Below the pieces are notes generated by a model. It did no database searches. It saw nothing but the letters and a program-made list of their open reading frames with translations, and was not told the origin of the DNA. Shown piece after piece: positions 29,967 to 42,407 of a DNA stretch of 64,000 nt. A program made the position numbers and the translations under genes. Source of the DNA: Clostridium sp. (GTDB taxonomy: Bacteria; Bacillota; Clostridia; Clostridiales; Clostridiaceae); NCBI RefSeq assembly GCF_036643715.1, contig NZ_JAVXRL010000008.1, forward strand, positions 2,722 through 66,721. Direction: 5' to 3'. Positions within the stretch are counted from its first letter, which is position 1, and every line of letters starts with the position of its first letter.

Positions 29967-31241
29967 ATGAAAAAATTTATAAAGTTTTCTATACTTTCAA
30001 TAGTAATAGTATCTGTAGCGCTTCTTATATATAAGTATTCAAATAGATATGATTTAAAGATTGAAAGTGAAGGTATAAAAAGTGATTTATTAATAAAAGG
30101 ACTTGAAGAGTCACGATCTATATGTAATGGTGAAGGTTCAGATATTTATGTATCTTTCAAAAGTGAAATTCTAACTATAAATGAAAATAACAAAATAAAT
30201 AAAGTTTATAAAGATGTTAAATTAGATATTGAGGACATGCTATATAAGAGAGGAAATCTTTATGTATTATCAAAAGATAAATTAATAGTATTTAATGAAG
30301 AAAATAAAGAAGGAAAGACTATATTAAAAGATATTCCGTATAAGGGTGAAAATTTAGAACGTAATCTTTTAGATAATAATGATAGCATCCTTATTTCAAT
30401 TGGAGCAAATACTAATTCAGGAGTTTCTGAAAAGGGAGGAATAAATGATACATATCCTATAGATTTAATATTAAATGGTAATAATTTTGGTAAAGGGAAT
30501 ACTGGTGGATTTAAACCTTATGGAACAGAGGCAAAAGATGGAGAGAAGGTAGAAGGTAAGAAAATAGGCAATGCTTCTATAATATCTGTTGACTATAAAA
30601 GCTTTAAAACTTCGCTGTTTGCATCAGGGATACGTAATGTTAAAGGATTTGATTTAAATAGCAAAGGGGAAGTAGTTTCAATAGTTGGAGGAATGGAACC
30701 AGAAGGAACAAGGGGAGTTATAAGAGATTTTGATTATATATATAAAATAAATAAGGGGTTATGGTATGGGTGGCCAGACTTTAGTGGTGGAGATCCAATA
30801 AGTTCACCAAGATTTAGTGATGGAGAAAAAATAAAGCCAATAATAAAAAATAGTCCAGAGAAAAAGATTCCGACACCACTGTATCAACATAAAAATGTAA
30901 GTTCACTAGAGAGACTAGTCGTTGATAGGGAGGGAGAAATTCTAGAAAAAGATTCAATTATATTTTATGATAAGAAAGATACTAGCTTATATTCACTTAG
31001 TAGCAAAAGAGTGTTGAATAGGATAGTTGATTTTGGAGAGGAAAGTAAAATAAGTGATATTGAAATTATAGGTGATAAATGTTTAATTTTAGATAGTTAT
31101 AAAGGTTATATTTATAGGATATATAAGGAAGAAAAAATATTGGGAGATAAAATACCATATAGCGTTATTGTTATAACTAGTATAATTATTTTAGCTTCAA
31201 TAACTATATTAATTTATAAAGTGAAAATTAAGGGTAAATAG
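29967..31241 (+). CDS. Glucose/sorbosone-dehydrogenase-like beta-propeller, membrane anchored at both ends
   Basis: 'SIGANTNSG', 'FASGIRN', 'WYGWPDF'. N- and C-terminal hydrophobic segments. Confidence 0.6.
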   Translation: MKKFIKFSILSIVIVSVALLIYKYSNRYDLKIESEGIKSDLLIKGLEESRSICNGEGSDIYVSFKSEILTINENNKINKVYKDVKLDIEDMLYKRGNLYVLSKDKLIVFNEENKEGKTILKDIPYKGENLERNLLDNNDSILISIGANTNSGVSEKGGINDTYPIDLILNGNNFGKGNTGGFKPYGTEAKDGEKVEGKKIGNASIISVDYKSFKTSLFASGIRNVKGFDLNSKGEVVSIVGGMEPEGTRGVIRDFDYIYKINKGLWYGWPDFSGGDPISSPRFSDGEKIKPIIKNSPEKKIPTPLYQHKNVSSLERLVVDREGEILEKDSIIFYDKKDTSLYSLSSKRVLNRIVDFGEESKISDIEIIGDKCLILDSYKGYIYRIYKEEKILGDKIPYSVIVITSIIILASITILIYKVKIKGK

Positions 31242-31345
31242 TATTAGAGCAGTTAGATTATTTTTAAATCTAACTGCTTATTCTTTATGTATATGTAAAA
31301 TGATGGTAATATTAATATAGGTTATGTAAATATGGAGGGGTTAAT

Positions 31346-31840
31346 ATGAAAAAAACATTAATATTAAACTTAAAAGATGTAAAAATTAGTGGAGATATAC
31401 TTGATATATCTAAAGAAGAAAATAATATAATAAGTAGATTAGTAGTAGAAGAAAATGATGAAATTGCAATAGACAGTGTAGAAGAGGAAAATGATGATTT
31501 AAATAATAAAAAATATGGAGTATGTACTTTCTTTTTTAATTTAAGTTCAATTTGGAATACTACTAAAAGAGAAATGTTAATAGAGGATGTTTATAATAAG
31601 TTACAAGATAACGCAGAAATATATATATGGGATATAAATAAAAATATTGGTGAATTTGTTGATAGTAAATTAAAGGTATTACTTCCAAAAGAAGAGATAA
31701 AGGAGTATAAAATTAAAAACAATAATTTAATTTCGTCCTCAAATGTAGAAGAATGCAAAAAAATCCTTGAAAAAAAATTCAAAATAGAAGAAACTAAGGT
31801 TTGGGAAGATATTTATTTCATTAAAGGAATAAAAATATAA
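31346..31840 (+). CDS. Hypothetical protein, possibly a degenerate class I methyltransferase fold
   Basis: 'GDILDIS', strand with 'CTFFFNL', 'LQDNAEIYIWD' resemble MTase motifs but the glycine-rich motif I is absent. Confidence 0.5.
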   Translation: MKKTLILNLKDVKISGDILDISKEENNIISRLVVEENDEIAIDSVEEENDDLNNKKYGVCTFFFNLSSIWNTTKREMLIEDVYNKLQDNAEIYIWDINKNIGEFVDSKLKVLLPKEEIKEYKIKNNNLISSSNVEECKKILEKKFKIEETKVWEDIYFIKGIKI

Positions 31841-31862
31841 TCTTTAAGAGAGGAAGAATTTT

Positions 31863-33545
31863 ATGAAAATATTACTTACAGCTATAAACTCTAAGTTTAT
31901 TCATAGCAATCTAGCTGTTAGATATTTAAGGGCTTTTACTAAAGATATGCCTTATGAATGTGCAGTCAGAGAATTCTCAATTAATGATAGAGAAGAGAAT
32001 ATTTTAGAAGAGATAATAAAAGAAAAGCCAGATGTTGTAGCTTTTTCAACATATATATGGAATGTTGAGATGGTATCTAGACTATCAGAGCTTATTAAAA
32101 GAGTAGATAACAATATAGAGATTGTTTACGGAGGTCCTGAAGTTTCTTATGATAGTATGGTTTATTTAAAAGAAAATATAGGAGACTATGTAATAGAAGG
32201 TGAAGGGGAACAAACTTTTAGAGAGTTCGTTTCATATAAACTAGGAAAACTCGATATAAAAGAAATTAGAGGATTAGTTTATAAAGAAAATGGAGAAGTT
32301 AAATTTAATGGTAAAAGACCTCTTATGTCAATGGATGACTTAGTATTTCCATATGAAGAAGATGAAGATTTAGAAAACAAGATAGTATACTATGAAGCTT
32401 CAAGAGGATGTCCATTTAATTGCAAGTATTGTTTATCATCAACAGTACACGGTGTTAGATTTCATAGTATAGAAAGAGCCTTAAAAGAACTTGAGTATTT
32501 TATTAATAAGAAAGTTAGATTAGTTAAGTTTGTAGATAGAACATTTAACTGTAATCATAAATTTTCTATGGCTATATGGAAGTTCTTAATTGAAAGCAAA
32601 ACAGATACCCAATTCCACTTTGAAATATCAGCAGATATATTAAAGGATGAGGAAATAGAGTTATTAAGAAATACTCAAGAAGGAAAATTCCAATTCGAAG
32701 TTGGAGTTCAAACAACAAATGATGATGTTTTAAGAAATATAAATAGATTTGTTAACTTTACTGATATAAAGGAAAAAGTTTGTGAATTATTATCAATAAG
32801 AAACATAAAGCAACATCTTGACTTAATTGCTGGACTTCCAGGAGAAAACTATGAGTCATTTAAAAGATCATTTAACGATGTTCATTCAATTAGACCGGAA
32901 GAAATTCAACTTGGATTTTTAAAGTTGCTTAAAGGTTCTTCAATGAGAGAAGAAGGGGATAATTACAGTATGAAATACTCACCGTACCCTCCATATGAAA
33001 TATTAAGTACAGATATGATTTCATATGAAGAACTTGTTGATTTGAAGAAAGTTGAACATATGGTAGATAAGTATTATAATAGTCAAAAATTCAATAATAT
33101 ACTAAATTTCTTCTATCCTAAATATGAGAATAGCTTTGATTTCTTCCACAGTTTAGCTATGTTCTATGATAATAAAGGATACTTCAATAGAAATATTGGA
33201 AACAATGAATATTACAAGTTATTCTTAGATTTCAATAAAGAGGTTTTAAAGGGAGAAAATAATATATTAAGAGAAGTAATAAGATATGATTACTTATTGC
33301 ATAATAAGAGAAGGGGAATACCTGAATATATAAAAGGTGATATAACAAAGGAAGAAGAAAGAGAATTAAAAGACGCTTTAAGAGAAATATATTCATTTAG
33401 AGATTATAGCGTAGAAAAATTCAATATTGATATATTACATTTTATAGAAAATGGTGAAATAGAGAGTGGAATAAAGTATGCATTACTAGATAACTCAAAA
33501 AACTTTAAATTTATCGATTTCAATGAAATAGACATTAACAAATAG
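31863..33545 (+). CDS. Cobalamin-binding radical SAM protein (C-terminal DUF4080-like region)
   Basis: N-terminal B12 domain ('HSNLAV', 'STYIWN', 'GGPEVS'), 'SRGCPFNCKYC', 'FVDRTFN', 'HLDLIAGLPGE'. Confidence 0.88.
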   Translation: MKILLTAINSKFIHSNLAVRYLRAFTKDMPYECAVREFSINDREENILEEIIKEKPDVVAFSTYIWNVEMVSRLSELIKRVDNNIEIVYGGPEVSYDSMVYLKENIGDYVIEGEGEQTFREFVSYKLGKLDIKEIRGLVYKENGEVKFNGKRPLMSMDDLVFPYEEDEDLENKIVYYEASRGCPFNCKYCLSSTVHGVRFHSIERALKELEYFINKKVRLVKFVDRTFNCNHKFSMAIWKFLIESKTDTQFHFEISADILKDEEIELLRNTQEGKFQFEVGVQTTNDDVLRNINRFVNFTDIKEKVCELLSIRNIKQHLDLIAGLPGENYESFKRSFNDVHSIRPEEIQLGFLKLLKGSSMREEGDNYSMKYSPYPPYEILSTDMISYEELVDLKKVEHMVDKYYNSQKFNNILNFFYPKYENSFDFFHSLAMFYDNKGYFNRNIGNNEYYKLFLDFNKEVLKGENNILREVIRYDYLLHNKRRGIPEYIKGDITKEEERELKDALREIYSFRDYSVEKFNIDILHFIENGEIESGIKYALLDNSKNFKFIDFNEIDINK

Positions 33546-33733
33546 ATGTTTTATTCAAGTATACTTTTCAAAGTTTACACTTTAGAAACAAATGGACAGA
33601 TTAAAATAAATAAAATTATTGAAATTATCCATAAAAAGTGTATAATTAGATTTATGAATTAAAAAGTAATTAATACTATATTAAGTATTAATTCATATAT
33701 TATTATGCATTCAAGCACAAAGGTGGTGAGATT

Positions 33734-34060
33734 TTGGCATTAGAAGCAATTAAAGAAATCAAGAAAGCAGAAGCACAAGCAGAAGAAATGATAAGAAATG
33801 CTAATGCAGAAGCAAAGGATATCGTTCAAAAAGCTACCGTAGAAGCTACAGAGAATTATAATAAAGTTTTAGAAGGTGCTAAGAACAAATGCAATAGTAT
33901 CGTAAGTGATGCTGTTGAAGAAGGAAATAAGCAAGCAGAACCTATCTTACTTAAGGGTAAGCAAGACGCCCAAGGAATATATAATATCGGGGAAGATAAG
34001 AGGGATAATGCTGTAAAATTAGTGATTGAGAGGATTGTGAAGATTCATGGCAATAGTTAA
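33734..34060 (+). CDS. V/A-type ATPase subunit H/G (peripheral stalk)
   Basis: TTG start, alanine/lysine/glutamate-rich helix, first gene of the operon. Confidence 0.8.
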   Translation: MALEAIKEIKKAEAQAEEMIRNANAEAKDIVQKATVEATENYNKVLEGAKNKCNSIVSDAVEEGNKQAEPILLKGKQDAQGIYNIGEDKRDNAVKLVIERIVKIHGNS

Positions 34061-35984
34061 GATGAATAAATTCACTTTGCTAGCTTTTGAATCAAACAAG
34101 AATATTCTTTTAGAAAAACTTCAAGGTTTTTCAGAAGTAGAATTTATAAATCTTCAAAATGAAGACTATCTTGAAGATCATGAAGAACTTAAGGAATTAA
34201 TGAAAGATTCTGTTGATTCAGAGTATGCAAAAAGTGAAGAAGATTTATCTAAAGTAAAGTTTACTTTAGAGTTCTTAAAGAAATACGTACCTCAAAAATC
34301 CGGTTTAAAAGCAATGCGTGAAGGTAAAAGAGCTTTAACACTTGAAGAGCTTAAAGTACAGGTTAATAGAAGTGCTTGGGAAGAGCTTTATGATAAGGTT
34401 AAGGAAAAAGACATTCAACTTGCAAATTTAGACAATGAAAAAACTAAACTAGAAGGTGAAATAGAAACTTTAAAGCCTTTAGAAGGATTAGATGTATCCT
34501 TTGAACAGCTTAAAGAAATTAAGACACCTTATTTTTTAGGAAGTGTTGCTAAGCAATACGAAAATGAACTAGTTAGTGGATTATCAAATGGATATTTAGA
34601 AATAATATCAAGAGATAATCAAGACATTCTCTTTTTAGCATTAGTTAATCAAGAGAATAAAGAAGAGATTGAAGAGGTCTTAAGAGGATTTGGATTCAGT
34701 CCATTCAAAACAGATAGAACTGAAACTCCAATTAAGGTTATCCATAATAATATGGATAGAATTGAAAAAATCGAAAGTGAAAAGTTCTTCATAAAAGAAG
34801 CACTATCAGCTTTAGATGAAGAAGTTAAATGTTTAGAACTTGCTTATGAGTATTATCATAATGAATATACAAGAAAGCTTGTAAATACTAACTTCTTAAA
34901 AACAAACAAAGTATCTTTAATACAAGGATGGCTTGCAGCTTCTGATAAAGAGGAATTATCAAGAATTGTTAAAGATACACTAGGAGAAGATTATTACCTT
35001 TCATTCGATGAAGTAAAAGATGAAGAAGTTGATAATGTTCCTATAAGATTACAAAATAATGATTTAAATAAATCATTTGAAAATATAACAGAGATGTACA
35101 GTCTACCAAAGTACAATGAAATAGACCCAACACCATTACTGTCACCATTCTTTTTAATATTCTTTGGAATGATGGTTGCAGATGCAGGATATGGTTTATT
35201 ACTTTTAATAGGATCAATCATTGCAATTAAAGCATTTAACTTAGACGATTCACAAAATAGATTTGCTAAGTTCTTTATGTATTTAAGTATACCTACAATA
35301 ATATTCGGATTTATTTATGGATCTTTCTTTGGAGATTTTATAAATCTAGATGGTGTAAGGTTAATAGATCCAAGTAAAGATGTTAATACAATACTTATTG
35401 CATCAATAGTATTTGGGGTAATCCAAATATTCTTCGGACTTGGAATAAAGGCATATGTCTTAATAAGAGACGGAAAGCCTCTAGATGCTGTATATGATGT
35501 AGGCTCATGGGTTGTTACATTAGTATCAATCGCAGCATTTGGTTTAGGAAGTGGAACAATAGCTACTTTCGGTAAATATGGAATGATTATCGGTATGATT
35601 GCAATTGTCTTAACACAAGGAAGACATATGAAATCAGCTGGTGGTAAATTAGGTCAAGGTTTATATGCTTTATATGGAATAACAGGATACGTTGGAGACT
35701 TAGTTTCATATACAAGACTTATGGCACTTGGACTTGCAGGTGGATCAATAGCAGGAGCGCTTAACCTTATTATAGGTATGTTCCCAACTGTTGCACTAAT
35801 AATTATTGGACCTGTAGTATTTATTTTAGCCCATATATTCAATTTAGGGTTATCATTACTAGGTGGTTATGTTCATACATGTAGATTAGAATATGTTGAG
35901 TACTTCTCAAAATTCTATGAAGGTGGCGGAAGACCATTTGAACCATTTAAAACTTTAGATAAATTTATTAAAATTAAAAAATAA
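34047..35984 (+). CDS. atpI: V/A-type ATPase subunit I (NtpI)
   Basis: 'EIDPTP', 'FFGMMVADAGYG', 'SYTRLMALGL', 'RLEYVEYFSKFY'. Confidence 0.95.
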   Translation: MAIVKMNKFTLLAFESNKNILLEKLQGFSEVEFINLQNEDYLEDHEELKELMKDSVDSEYAKSEEDLSKVKFTLEFLKKYVPQKSGLKAMREGKRALTLEELKVQVNRSAWEELYDKVKEKDIQLANLDNEKTKLEGEIETLKPLEGLDVSFEQLKEIKTPYFLGSVAKQYENELVSGLSNGYLEIISRDNQDILFLALVNQENKEEIEEVLRGFGFSPFKTDRTETPIKVIHNNMDRIEKIESEKFFIKEALSALDEEVKCLELAYEYYHNEYTRKLVNTNFLKTNKVSLIQGWLAASDKEELSRIVKDTLGEDYYLSFDEVKDEEVDNVPIRLQNNDLNKSFENITEMYSLPKYNEIDPTPLLSPFFLIFFGMMVADAGYGLLLLIGSIIAIKAFNLDDSQNRFAKFFMYLSIPTIIFGFIYGSFFGDFINLDGVRLIDPSKDVNTILIASIVFGVIQIFFGLGIKAYVLIRDGKPLDAVYDVGSWVVTLVSIAAFGLGSGTIATFGKYGMIIGMIAIVLTQGRHMKSAGGKLGQGLYALYGITGYVGDLVSYTRLMALGLAGGSIAGALNLIIGMFPTVALIIIGPVVFILAHIFNLGLSLLGGYVHTCRLEYVEYFSKFYEGGGRPFEPFKTLDKFIKIKK

Positions 35985-36006
35985 AAAAATTAATTAGAAG
36001 AAGTAG

Positions 36007-36504
<498 letters not shown>

Positions 36505-36526
36505 TTAGGATTGGGGAAGTGAAGCT

Positions 36527-37126
36527 ATGTCAAACGTAAACAATCTAACTTCCAAAATCTTAAGTGATGCGGAAGAAAGAAAGGCAAGTATACTAAAAGA
36601 AGCTAATGAAGAAAAAGCTAAAATAGTTTCAAAAAAAGAAGCTATAGCACAATCTGAAGAAGCTACAATGGTAGAAAAAGCAAAGTCTGAAGCTAAGACT
36701 GCAAAAGAAAGAGTTGTTTCAGGAGCAGAGCTTAAAGCAAGAAATGAAAAGCTTACTGCAAAGCAAGCTATTATAGATAAAATATTCAAAGACAGTATAG
36801 AAGAACTATGCAAGATGTCTGATGAAGATATGAAAAATTTCATTAAAAATAAAATAGTTAATGCTGATATAATAGGTGATGAAACTATATTATTAAATGA
36901 AAAAGGTAGCAAGCTAGTTAATGGTGAGTTACTTAAAGAAATAAACAGTGAGCTTTCAGCAAAAGGCAAAAAAGGTGAGCTTACTATAAGCAAAGAGATA
37001 AGAGACTTTAAGGGTGGATTTATCTTAGAAAAGGGTGGCATAGAAATAAACAATACTTTTGAAGATTTAGTTAACTCTGAAAGAGATGACTTAGAATTCG
37101 AAGTAGCTAAAGTTTTATTTAATTAA
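36527..37126 (+). CDS. atpE: V/A-type ATPase subunit E
   Basis: Coiled-coil N-terminus, 'GGFIL...IEINNTFE'. Confidence 0.9.
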   Translation: MSNVNNLTSKILSDAEERKASILKEANEEKAKIVSKKEAIAQSEEATMVEKAKSEAKTAKERVVSGAELKARNEKLTAKQAIIDKIFKDSIEELCKMSDEDMKNFIKNKIVNADIIGDETILLNEKGSKLVNGELLKEINSELSAKGKKGELTISKEIRDFKGGFILEKGGIEINNTFEDLVNSERDDLEFEVAKVLFN

Positions 37127-37138
37127 GGAGGAGAGCAA

Positions 37139-38140
37139 ATGAACTCAATGCAATTTACTCAAGTTATACCAAGACTTAGGGTATTAGAAACAAGACTCCT
37201 TGATAAAGCTAAAATCGATAGAATGATTGATGGAGATTCTGCAAATGAAGCACTTAAGGTGCTTCAAGAATCTGAGTATGCCGCTATTATGACTGGTGTT
37301 AAAAGACCAGAAGACTATGAAATGGTGCTTGCAAGAGAACTAAAAAGAGTTTATGAACTTATGTACGATGCATCACCAGAAAAATCATTAATAGATATAA
37401 TGAGCATTAAATATGACTATCACAACATTAAAGTTATTTTAAAAGCAATGTTTTTAGGAAAAGACTTTAGTTATATGTTAATTCCAGTAGGAATGATAGA
37501 CATACAAACATTAAAGCATAGTATTGAAAATAATAATCTAGGCGAACTAACAGAAGCTATGAAAGAGGGAATAACAAAGGCTAAAGAAGACTTTGAAGCA
37601 AATAAAGATCCTCAAAAAATAGATATTATATTAGATAATGCAATGTTTGAAGAAATGAAAGAAATCGCTAAAAAGATAAATGATAAGTTTGTCGATAAAT
37701 ACGTTAGAGCTTCTATTGATTCAACTAACATAAAAACTTTATTAAGAGTTAAAAAGCAAAATAAAGATAAAGATTTCTTAGAGGAAGTTATTATAAAAGG
37801 CGGAGAAATTGATAAAGATACTATCGTTTCAATGCTAAATGATGCTCCAGAAAATATATCTAACAAATTAGCATTTACAAACTACGGTGAAATGATAAGA
37901 ACAGGAATCGAAGATTATTCAAAGACAGGGTCTACAAATCTTCTAGAGAAATTAGCTGATAACTACATCATGAATATGATGAAGGAAGCTAAATTCATTC
38001 CTTTTGGAGTTGAACCAGTATTAGCTTATGTTTATGCTAAAGAAACAGAAATAAAAATTGTTAGAATTATAATGGTTGGTAAACTCAACAATATTTCAGG
38101 GGAAGTAATTAGAGAAAGGCTGCGTGATATTTATGTATAA
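37139..38140 (+). CDS. atpC: V/A-type ATPase subunit C
   Basis: '[10 protein letters not shown]', 'YDYHNIK', '[11 protein letters not shown]'. Confidence 0.92.
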   Translation: MNSMQFTQVIPRLRVLETRLLDKAKIDRMIDGDSANEALKVLQESEYAAIMTGVKRPEDYEMVLARELKRVYELMYDASPEKSLIDIMSIKYDYHNIKVILKAMFLGKDFSYMLIPVGMIDIQTLKHSIENNNLGELTEAMKEGITKAKEDFEANKDPQKIDIILDNAMFEEMKEIAKKINDKFVDKYVRASIDSTNIKTLLRVKKQNKDKDFLEEVIIKGGEIDKDTIVSMLNDAPENISNKLAFTNYGEMIRTGIEDYSKTGSTNLLEKLADNYIMNMMKEAKFIPFGVEPVLAYVYAKETEIKIVRIIMVGKLNNISGEVIRERLRDIYV

Positions 38141-38444
38141 GAAAATCGGTGTAGTTGGCGACAAAGATTCAGTATTAGCTTTTAAAGCACTAGGAATAGA
38201 TGTATTCCCAGTAGTTGAATCAGAAGAAGCAAGAAAAACTATAGATAGATTAGCAATGAAAGATTACGCAGTTATCTTTGTAACAGAACAAGTTGCAAAA
38301 GAGATCGAAGAAACTATTGAAAGATACAATAGAGTAACACTTCCAGCTGTAATATTAATTCCAAGTAATCAAGGATCATTAAATATAGGAATGCAAAGAA
38401 TCAGCGATAATGTAGAAAAAGCTGTTGGCGTTAATATCTTATAG
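38133..38444 (+). CDS. atpF: V/A-type ATPase subunit F (NtpG in E. hirae naming)
   Basis: ATG 38133 overlaps the subunit C stop. '[17 protein letters not shown]', 'EKAVGVNI'. Confidence 0.92.
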   Translation: MYKKIGVVGDKDSVLAFKALGIDVFPVVESEEARKTIDRLAMKDYAVIFVTEQVAKEIEETIERYNRVTLPAVILIPSNQGSLNIGMQRISDNVEKAVGVNIL

Positions 38445-38462
38445 GAAGGTAGGTTTTGTAAC

Positions 38463-40235
38463 GTGAAGACCGGAAAAATAATAAAAGTTTCAGGACCTTT
38501 AGTAGTTGCTGAAGGAATGGAAGAAGCTAACATATTTGACGTATGTAAAGTTGGAGAAAAAGGTCTTATCGGAGAAATCATAGAAATGAGAGACGATAAG
38601 GCATCTATACAGGTATATGAAGAAACATCAGGAATAGGACCTGGAGACCCAGTTGTAACAACTGGAGAACCTCTAAGTGTTGAACTTGGACCAGGACTTA
38701 TAGAATCAATGTTTGATGGAATACAAAGACCACTTGATGCTTTCATGAAAGCAGCAAAGTCAGACTTCTTAACAAAGGGAGTATCTGTTAAATCATTAGA
38801 CAGAGAAAGAGTTTGGGCTTTTGAAGCAACTGTTAAAGTTGGAGATGAAGTTTCAGAAGGAGACGTTATTGGAACTGTTCAAGAAACTCCAGTAGTTCTT
38901 CATAAAGTAATGGTACCTTTCGGAGTTAAAGGTAAAATTACAGATATAAAGAGCGGAGAATTCAAAGTTGAAGATATAGTTTGTACTATAGAGACTGAAA
39001 AAGGACTTAAAGAAGTTTCAATGCTACAAAAATGGCCAGTAAGAAAGGGAAGACCTTATGCAAATAAATTAAACCCAGTTGCGCCATTAACTACAGGACA
39101 AAGAGTTATAGATACATTCTTCCCAGTTGTAAAGGGTGGAGCTGCAGCCGTTCCAGGGCCATTCGGAGCTGGTAAAACAGTTGTTCAACACCAAGTTGCT
39201 AAGTGGGGAGATGCTGAAATAGTTGTTTATGTTGGATGTGGAGAGCGTGGAAATGAAATGACAGACGTTCTAAACGAGTTCCCAGAACTTAAAGACCCAA
39301 AAACAGGTCAAAGTTTAATGAAGAGAACAGTTCTTATAGCAAACACATCAAATATGCCAGTTGCAGCTAGAGAAGCTTCAATATACACTGGTATCACAAT
39401 AGCTGAATACTTCAGAGATATGGGATACTCAGTAGCTATCATGGCTGACTCAACATCAAGATGGGCAGAAGCATTAAGAGAAATGTCAGGTAGACTTGAA
39501 GAAATGCCTGGTGACGAAGGTTACCCAGCTTATCTTGGATCAAGACTTGCAGATTACTACGAAAGAGCTGGTAAAGTTGTTTGTCTTGGAAATGATGGAA
39601 GAGAAGGCGCTGTTACAGCAATCGGTGCGGTATCACCTCCAGGAGGAGATATTTCAGAGCCAGTTACTCAATCAACTTTAAGAATAGTTAAAGTTTTCTG
39701 GGGACTAGATGCACAGCTTGCTTACCAAAGACATTTCCCATCAATTAACTGGTTAAACTCATATTCATTATATGCAGATAGAATCGGTAAATGGATGGAT
39801 GAAGAAGTTGCTGGAGATTGGTCAGAGCTAAGAATAGAAGCTATGGCACTATTACAAGAAGAAGCAAACTTACAAGAAATCGTAAGACTTGTTGGTATTG
39901 ATGCCCTTTCAGAAGGGGATAGATTAAAGCTTGAAATTGCTAAGTCAATAAGAGAAGATTACCTTCAACAAAATGCTTTCCATGAAGTTGATACTTATAC
40001 TTCATTAGAAAAACAACATAAAATGTTAAAGTTAATACTTCAATTTAAGAAAGAAGCAGATAGAGCTTTAGAAGCTGGAGTATATTTAGATAAGATTTTA
40101 TCACAAGATGTAATCAGAGATAGAATTGCAAGAGCTAAGTATATACCAGAGGAAGAAATTTCAAAGATTGACCAAATCGGTGTTGATTTAACAGCTGATA
40201 TGGATAAGTTAATCAGCGAAGGAGGGGCTTTCTAG
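38463..40235 (+). CDS. atpA: V/A-type ATPase catalytic subunit A (NtpA)
   Basis: GTG start. P-loop 'GPFGAGKT', '[10 protein letters not shown]', '[10 protein letters not shown]'. Confidence 0.97.
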   Translation: MKTGKIIKVSGPLVVAEGMEEANIFDVCKVGEKGLIGEIIEMRDDKASIQVYEETSGIGPGDPVVTTGEPLSVELGPGLIESMFDGIQRPLDAFMKAAKSDFLTKGVSVKSLDRERVWAFEATVKVGDEVSEGDVIGTVQETPVVLHKVMVPFGVKGKITDIKSGEFKVEDIVCTIETEKGLKEVSMLQKWPVRKGRPYANKLNPVAPLTTGQRVIDTFFPVVKGGAAAVPGPFGAGKTVVQHQVAKWGDAEIVVYVGCGERGNEMTDVLNEFPELKDPKTGQSLMKRTVLIANTSNMPVAAREASIYTGITIAEYFRDMGYSVAIMADSTSRWAEALREMSGRLEEMPGDEGYPAYLGSRLADYYERAGKVVCLGNDGREGAVTAIGAVSPPGGDISEPVTQSTLRIVKVFWGLDAQLAYQRHFPSINWLNSYSLYADRIGKWMDEEVAGDWSELRIEAMALLQEEANLQEIVRLVGIDALSEGDRLKLEIAKSIREDYLQQNAFHEVDTYTSLEKQHKMLKLILQFKKEADRALEAGVYLDKILSQDVIRDRIARAKYIPEEEISKIDQIGVDLTADMDKLISEGGAF

Positions 40236-41615
40236 ATGCTTAAAGAGTATAGAACAGTTACAGAAGTTGTAGGACCATTAATGGCCGTTGACGGTGTTAG
40301 TGGAGTTAAATACGACGAATTAGTTGAAATAGAATTACAAACTGGAGAAAAGAGAAGAGGTAAAGTACTTGAAGTTAACGGATCAACTGCAATGGTACAA
40401 ATCTTCGAAGGTTCTTCAGGAATTAACTTAAAAGGAACTAAAGCAAAATTCTTAGGAAGACCACTTGAACTTGGTGTTTCAGAAGATATGCTTGGAAGAG
40501 TCTTTGATGGTATGGGAAGACCAAACGATAATGGTCCAAAGATAATACCTGAAAAAAGACTTGATATTAATGGAGAAGCTATAAATCCAGTTGCAAGAGA
40601 TTTCCCATCAGAATTCATTCAAACAGGAATATCTGCAATTGATGGACTTAACACTTTAGTTAGAGGACAAAAGCTACCAGTTTTCTCTGGTGCTGGACTT
40701 CCACATGCTGAACTTGCAGCTCAAATTGCAAGACAAGCGAAAGTTTTAAATTCAGATTCAAAATTCGCAGTTGTATTTGCAGCGATTGGTATCACTTTCG
40801 AAGAAGCGCAATTCTTCGTTGATGAATTCAAATCAACAGGTGCTATAGATAGATCAGTTCTATTTATGAACCTTGCTTCAGATCCAGCTATCGAAAGAAT
40901 AGCAACTCCAAGAATGGCATTAACTACTGCTGAATATTTAGCATATGAAAAAGGAATGCACGTTCTTGTTATTATGACAGATATCACAAACTACGCAGAA
41001 GCTTTAAGAGAAGTTTCAGCTGCTAGAAAAGAAGTTCCAGGTAGAAGAGGATATCCAGGATACCTATATACTGACCTTTCAACATTATATGAAAGAGCAG
41101 GAAGACTTAGAGGTAAAGAAGGATCAATCACTCAAATTCCAATACTTACAATGCCTGAAGATGATAAGACACATCCAATTCCAGATTTAACTGGATATAT
41201 TACAGAAGGACAAATAATACTTTCAAGAGAACTTTATAAAAAAGGTATTATGCCTCCAATAGATGTACTTCCATCACTTTCAAGACTTAAAGATAAAGGT
41301 ATAGGTAAAGGAAAGACAAGAGAAGACCACGCTGACACAATGAACCAATTATTCTCAGCATATGCTCAAGGTAAGCAAGCAAAAGAATTATCAGCTATCT
41401 TAGGAGAATCAGCTCTTTCAGATACAGATAAGGCATTTGCTAAATTTGCAGAAGCTTTTGAAAATGAATATGTTTCACAAGGATTTACTGCAAATAGAAC
41501 AATCGAAGAAACACTAAACTTAGGATGGAAGCTACTTAAGTTACTTCCAAAGACTGAGCTTAAGAGAATCAGAGATGAATATATTGAAAAATATATGCCA
41601 AGAGAGGAAGAATAG
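40236..41615 (+). CDS. atpB: V/A-type ATPase subunit B (NtpB)
   Basis: '[11 protein letters not shown]', '[16 protein letters not shown]', 'YITEGQI'. Confidence 0.97.
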   Translation: MLKEYRTVTEVVGPLMAVDGVSGVKYDELVEIELQTGEKRRGKVLEVNGSTAMVQIFEGSSGINLKGTKAKFLGRPLELGVSEDMLGRVFDGMGRPNDNGPKIIPEKRLDINGEAINPVARDFPSEFIQTGISAIDGLNTLVRGQKLPVFSGAGLPHAELAAQIARQAKVLNSDSKFAVVFAAIGITFEEAQFFVDEFKSTGAIDRSVLFMNLASDPAIERIATPRMALTTAEYLAYEKGMHVLVIMTDITNYAEALREVSAARKEVPGRRGYPGYLYTDLSTLYERAGRLRGKEGSITQIPILTMPEDDKTHPIPDLTGYITEGQIILSRELYKKGIMPPIDVLPSLSRLKDKGIGKGKTREDHADTMNQLFSAYAQGKQAKELSAILGESALSDTDKAFAKFAEAFENEYVSQGFTANRTIEETLNLGWKLLKLLPKTELKRIRDEYIEKYMPREEE

Positions 41616-41618
41616 GCT

Positions 41619-42260
41619 ATGGCTAGATTGAACGTGAATCCTACAAGAATGGAACTCACAAAGCTGAAAAAGAGATTAGCAACAGCTACTAGAGGTCATA
41701 AGCTTTTAAAAGATAAGCAAGATGAGTTAATGAGACAATTCATTAACTTAGTTAAATATAATAACTCATTAAGAAAAGATGTTGAAGATGAACTTCAAGG
41801 ATCTTTAAAGGACTTCGTTATGGCAAGAGCCGTAATGAGTTCAGAGTTTTTAGAAGAAGCTATTGCTTATCCAAAAGAAAGCATCTCAGTAGAGGTTGGA
41901 AACAAGAACATCATGAGTGTTAATGTTCCAGTTATGAACTTTAAAAGACAGCTTGAAGGAGATGAAGGTAGTATCTTCCCATACGGATTTGCAAATACAT
42001 CATCAGAATTAGATGGTGCAATAACAAAGCTTTATGGAATATTACCAAAGCTTTTAGAATTAGCTGAAGTAGAAAAGTCTTGTCAACTTATGGCAGACGA
42101 AATAGAAAAGACTAGAAGAAGAGTTAATGCTCTTGAATATATGACAATTCCTCAACTTCAAGAAACTATCAAGTACATAAGAATGAAACTTGATGAAAAT
42201 GAAAGAAGTGCTTTAACAAGACTTATGAAAGTAAAGAGCATGATAGAGCAAAGAGGATAG
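41619..42260 (+). CDS. atpD: V/A-type ATPase subunit D (NtpD)
   Basis: 'PTRMEL', 'RGHKLLKDK', '[10 protein letters not shown]'. Confidence 0.95.
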   Translation: MARLNVNPTRMELTKLKKRLATATRGHKLLKDKQDELMRQFINLVKYNNSLRKDVEDELQGSLKDFVMARAVMSSEFLEEAIAYPKESISVEVGNKNIMSVNVPVMNFKRQLEGDEGSIFPYGFANTSSELDGAITKLYGILPKLLELAEVEKSCQLMADEIEKTRRRVNALEYMTIPQLQETIKYIRMKLDENERSALTRLMKVKSMIEQRG

Positions 42261-42265
42261 TTTTA

Positions 42266-42304
42266 AAAAGTGTACCTTGACACATGACAAGGTGCACTTT
42301 TTTT
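42266..42304 (+). terminator. Intrinsic terminator of the V-ATPase operon
   Basis: aaaagtgtaccttg / caaggtgcactttt plus T-run. Confidence 0.8.
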
Positions 42305-42407
42305 ATACATAAAGCTTAAAAGAAAATTAAAATTAAGTCATTACAATTGATAATGTAATAGTTTAATAGTATAATTCTAGTAGGTTAGAATGTAGGAGAA
42401 AGAATAT

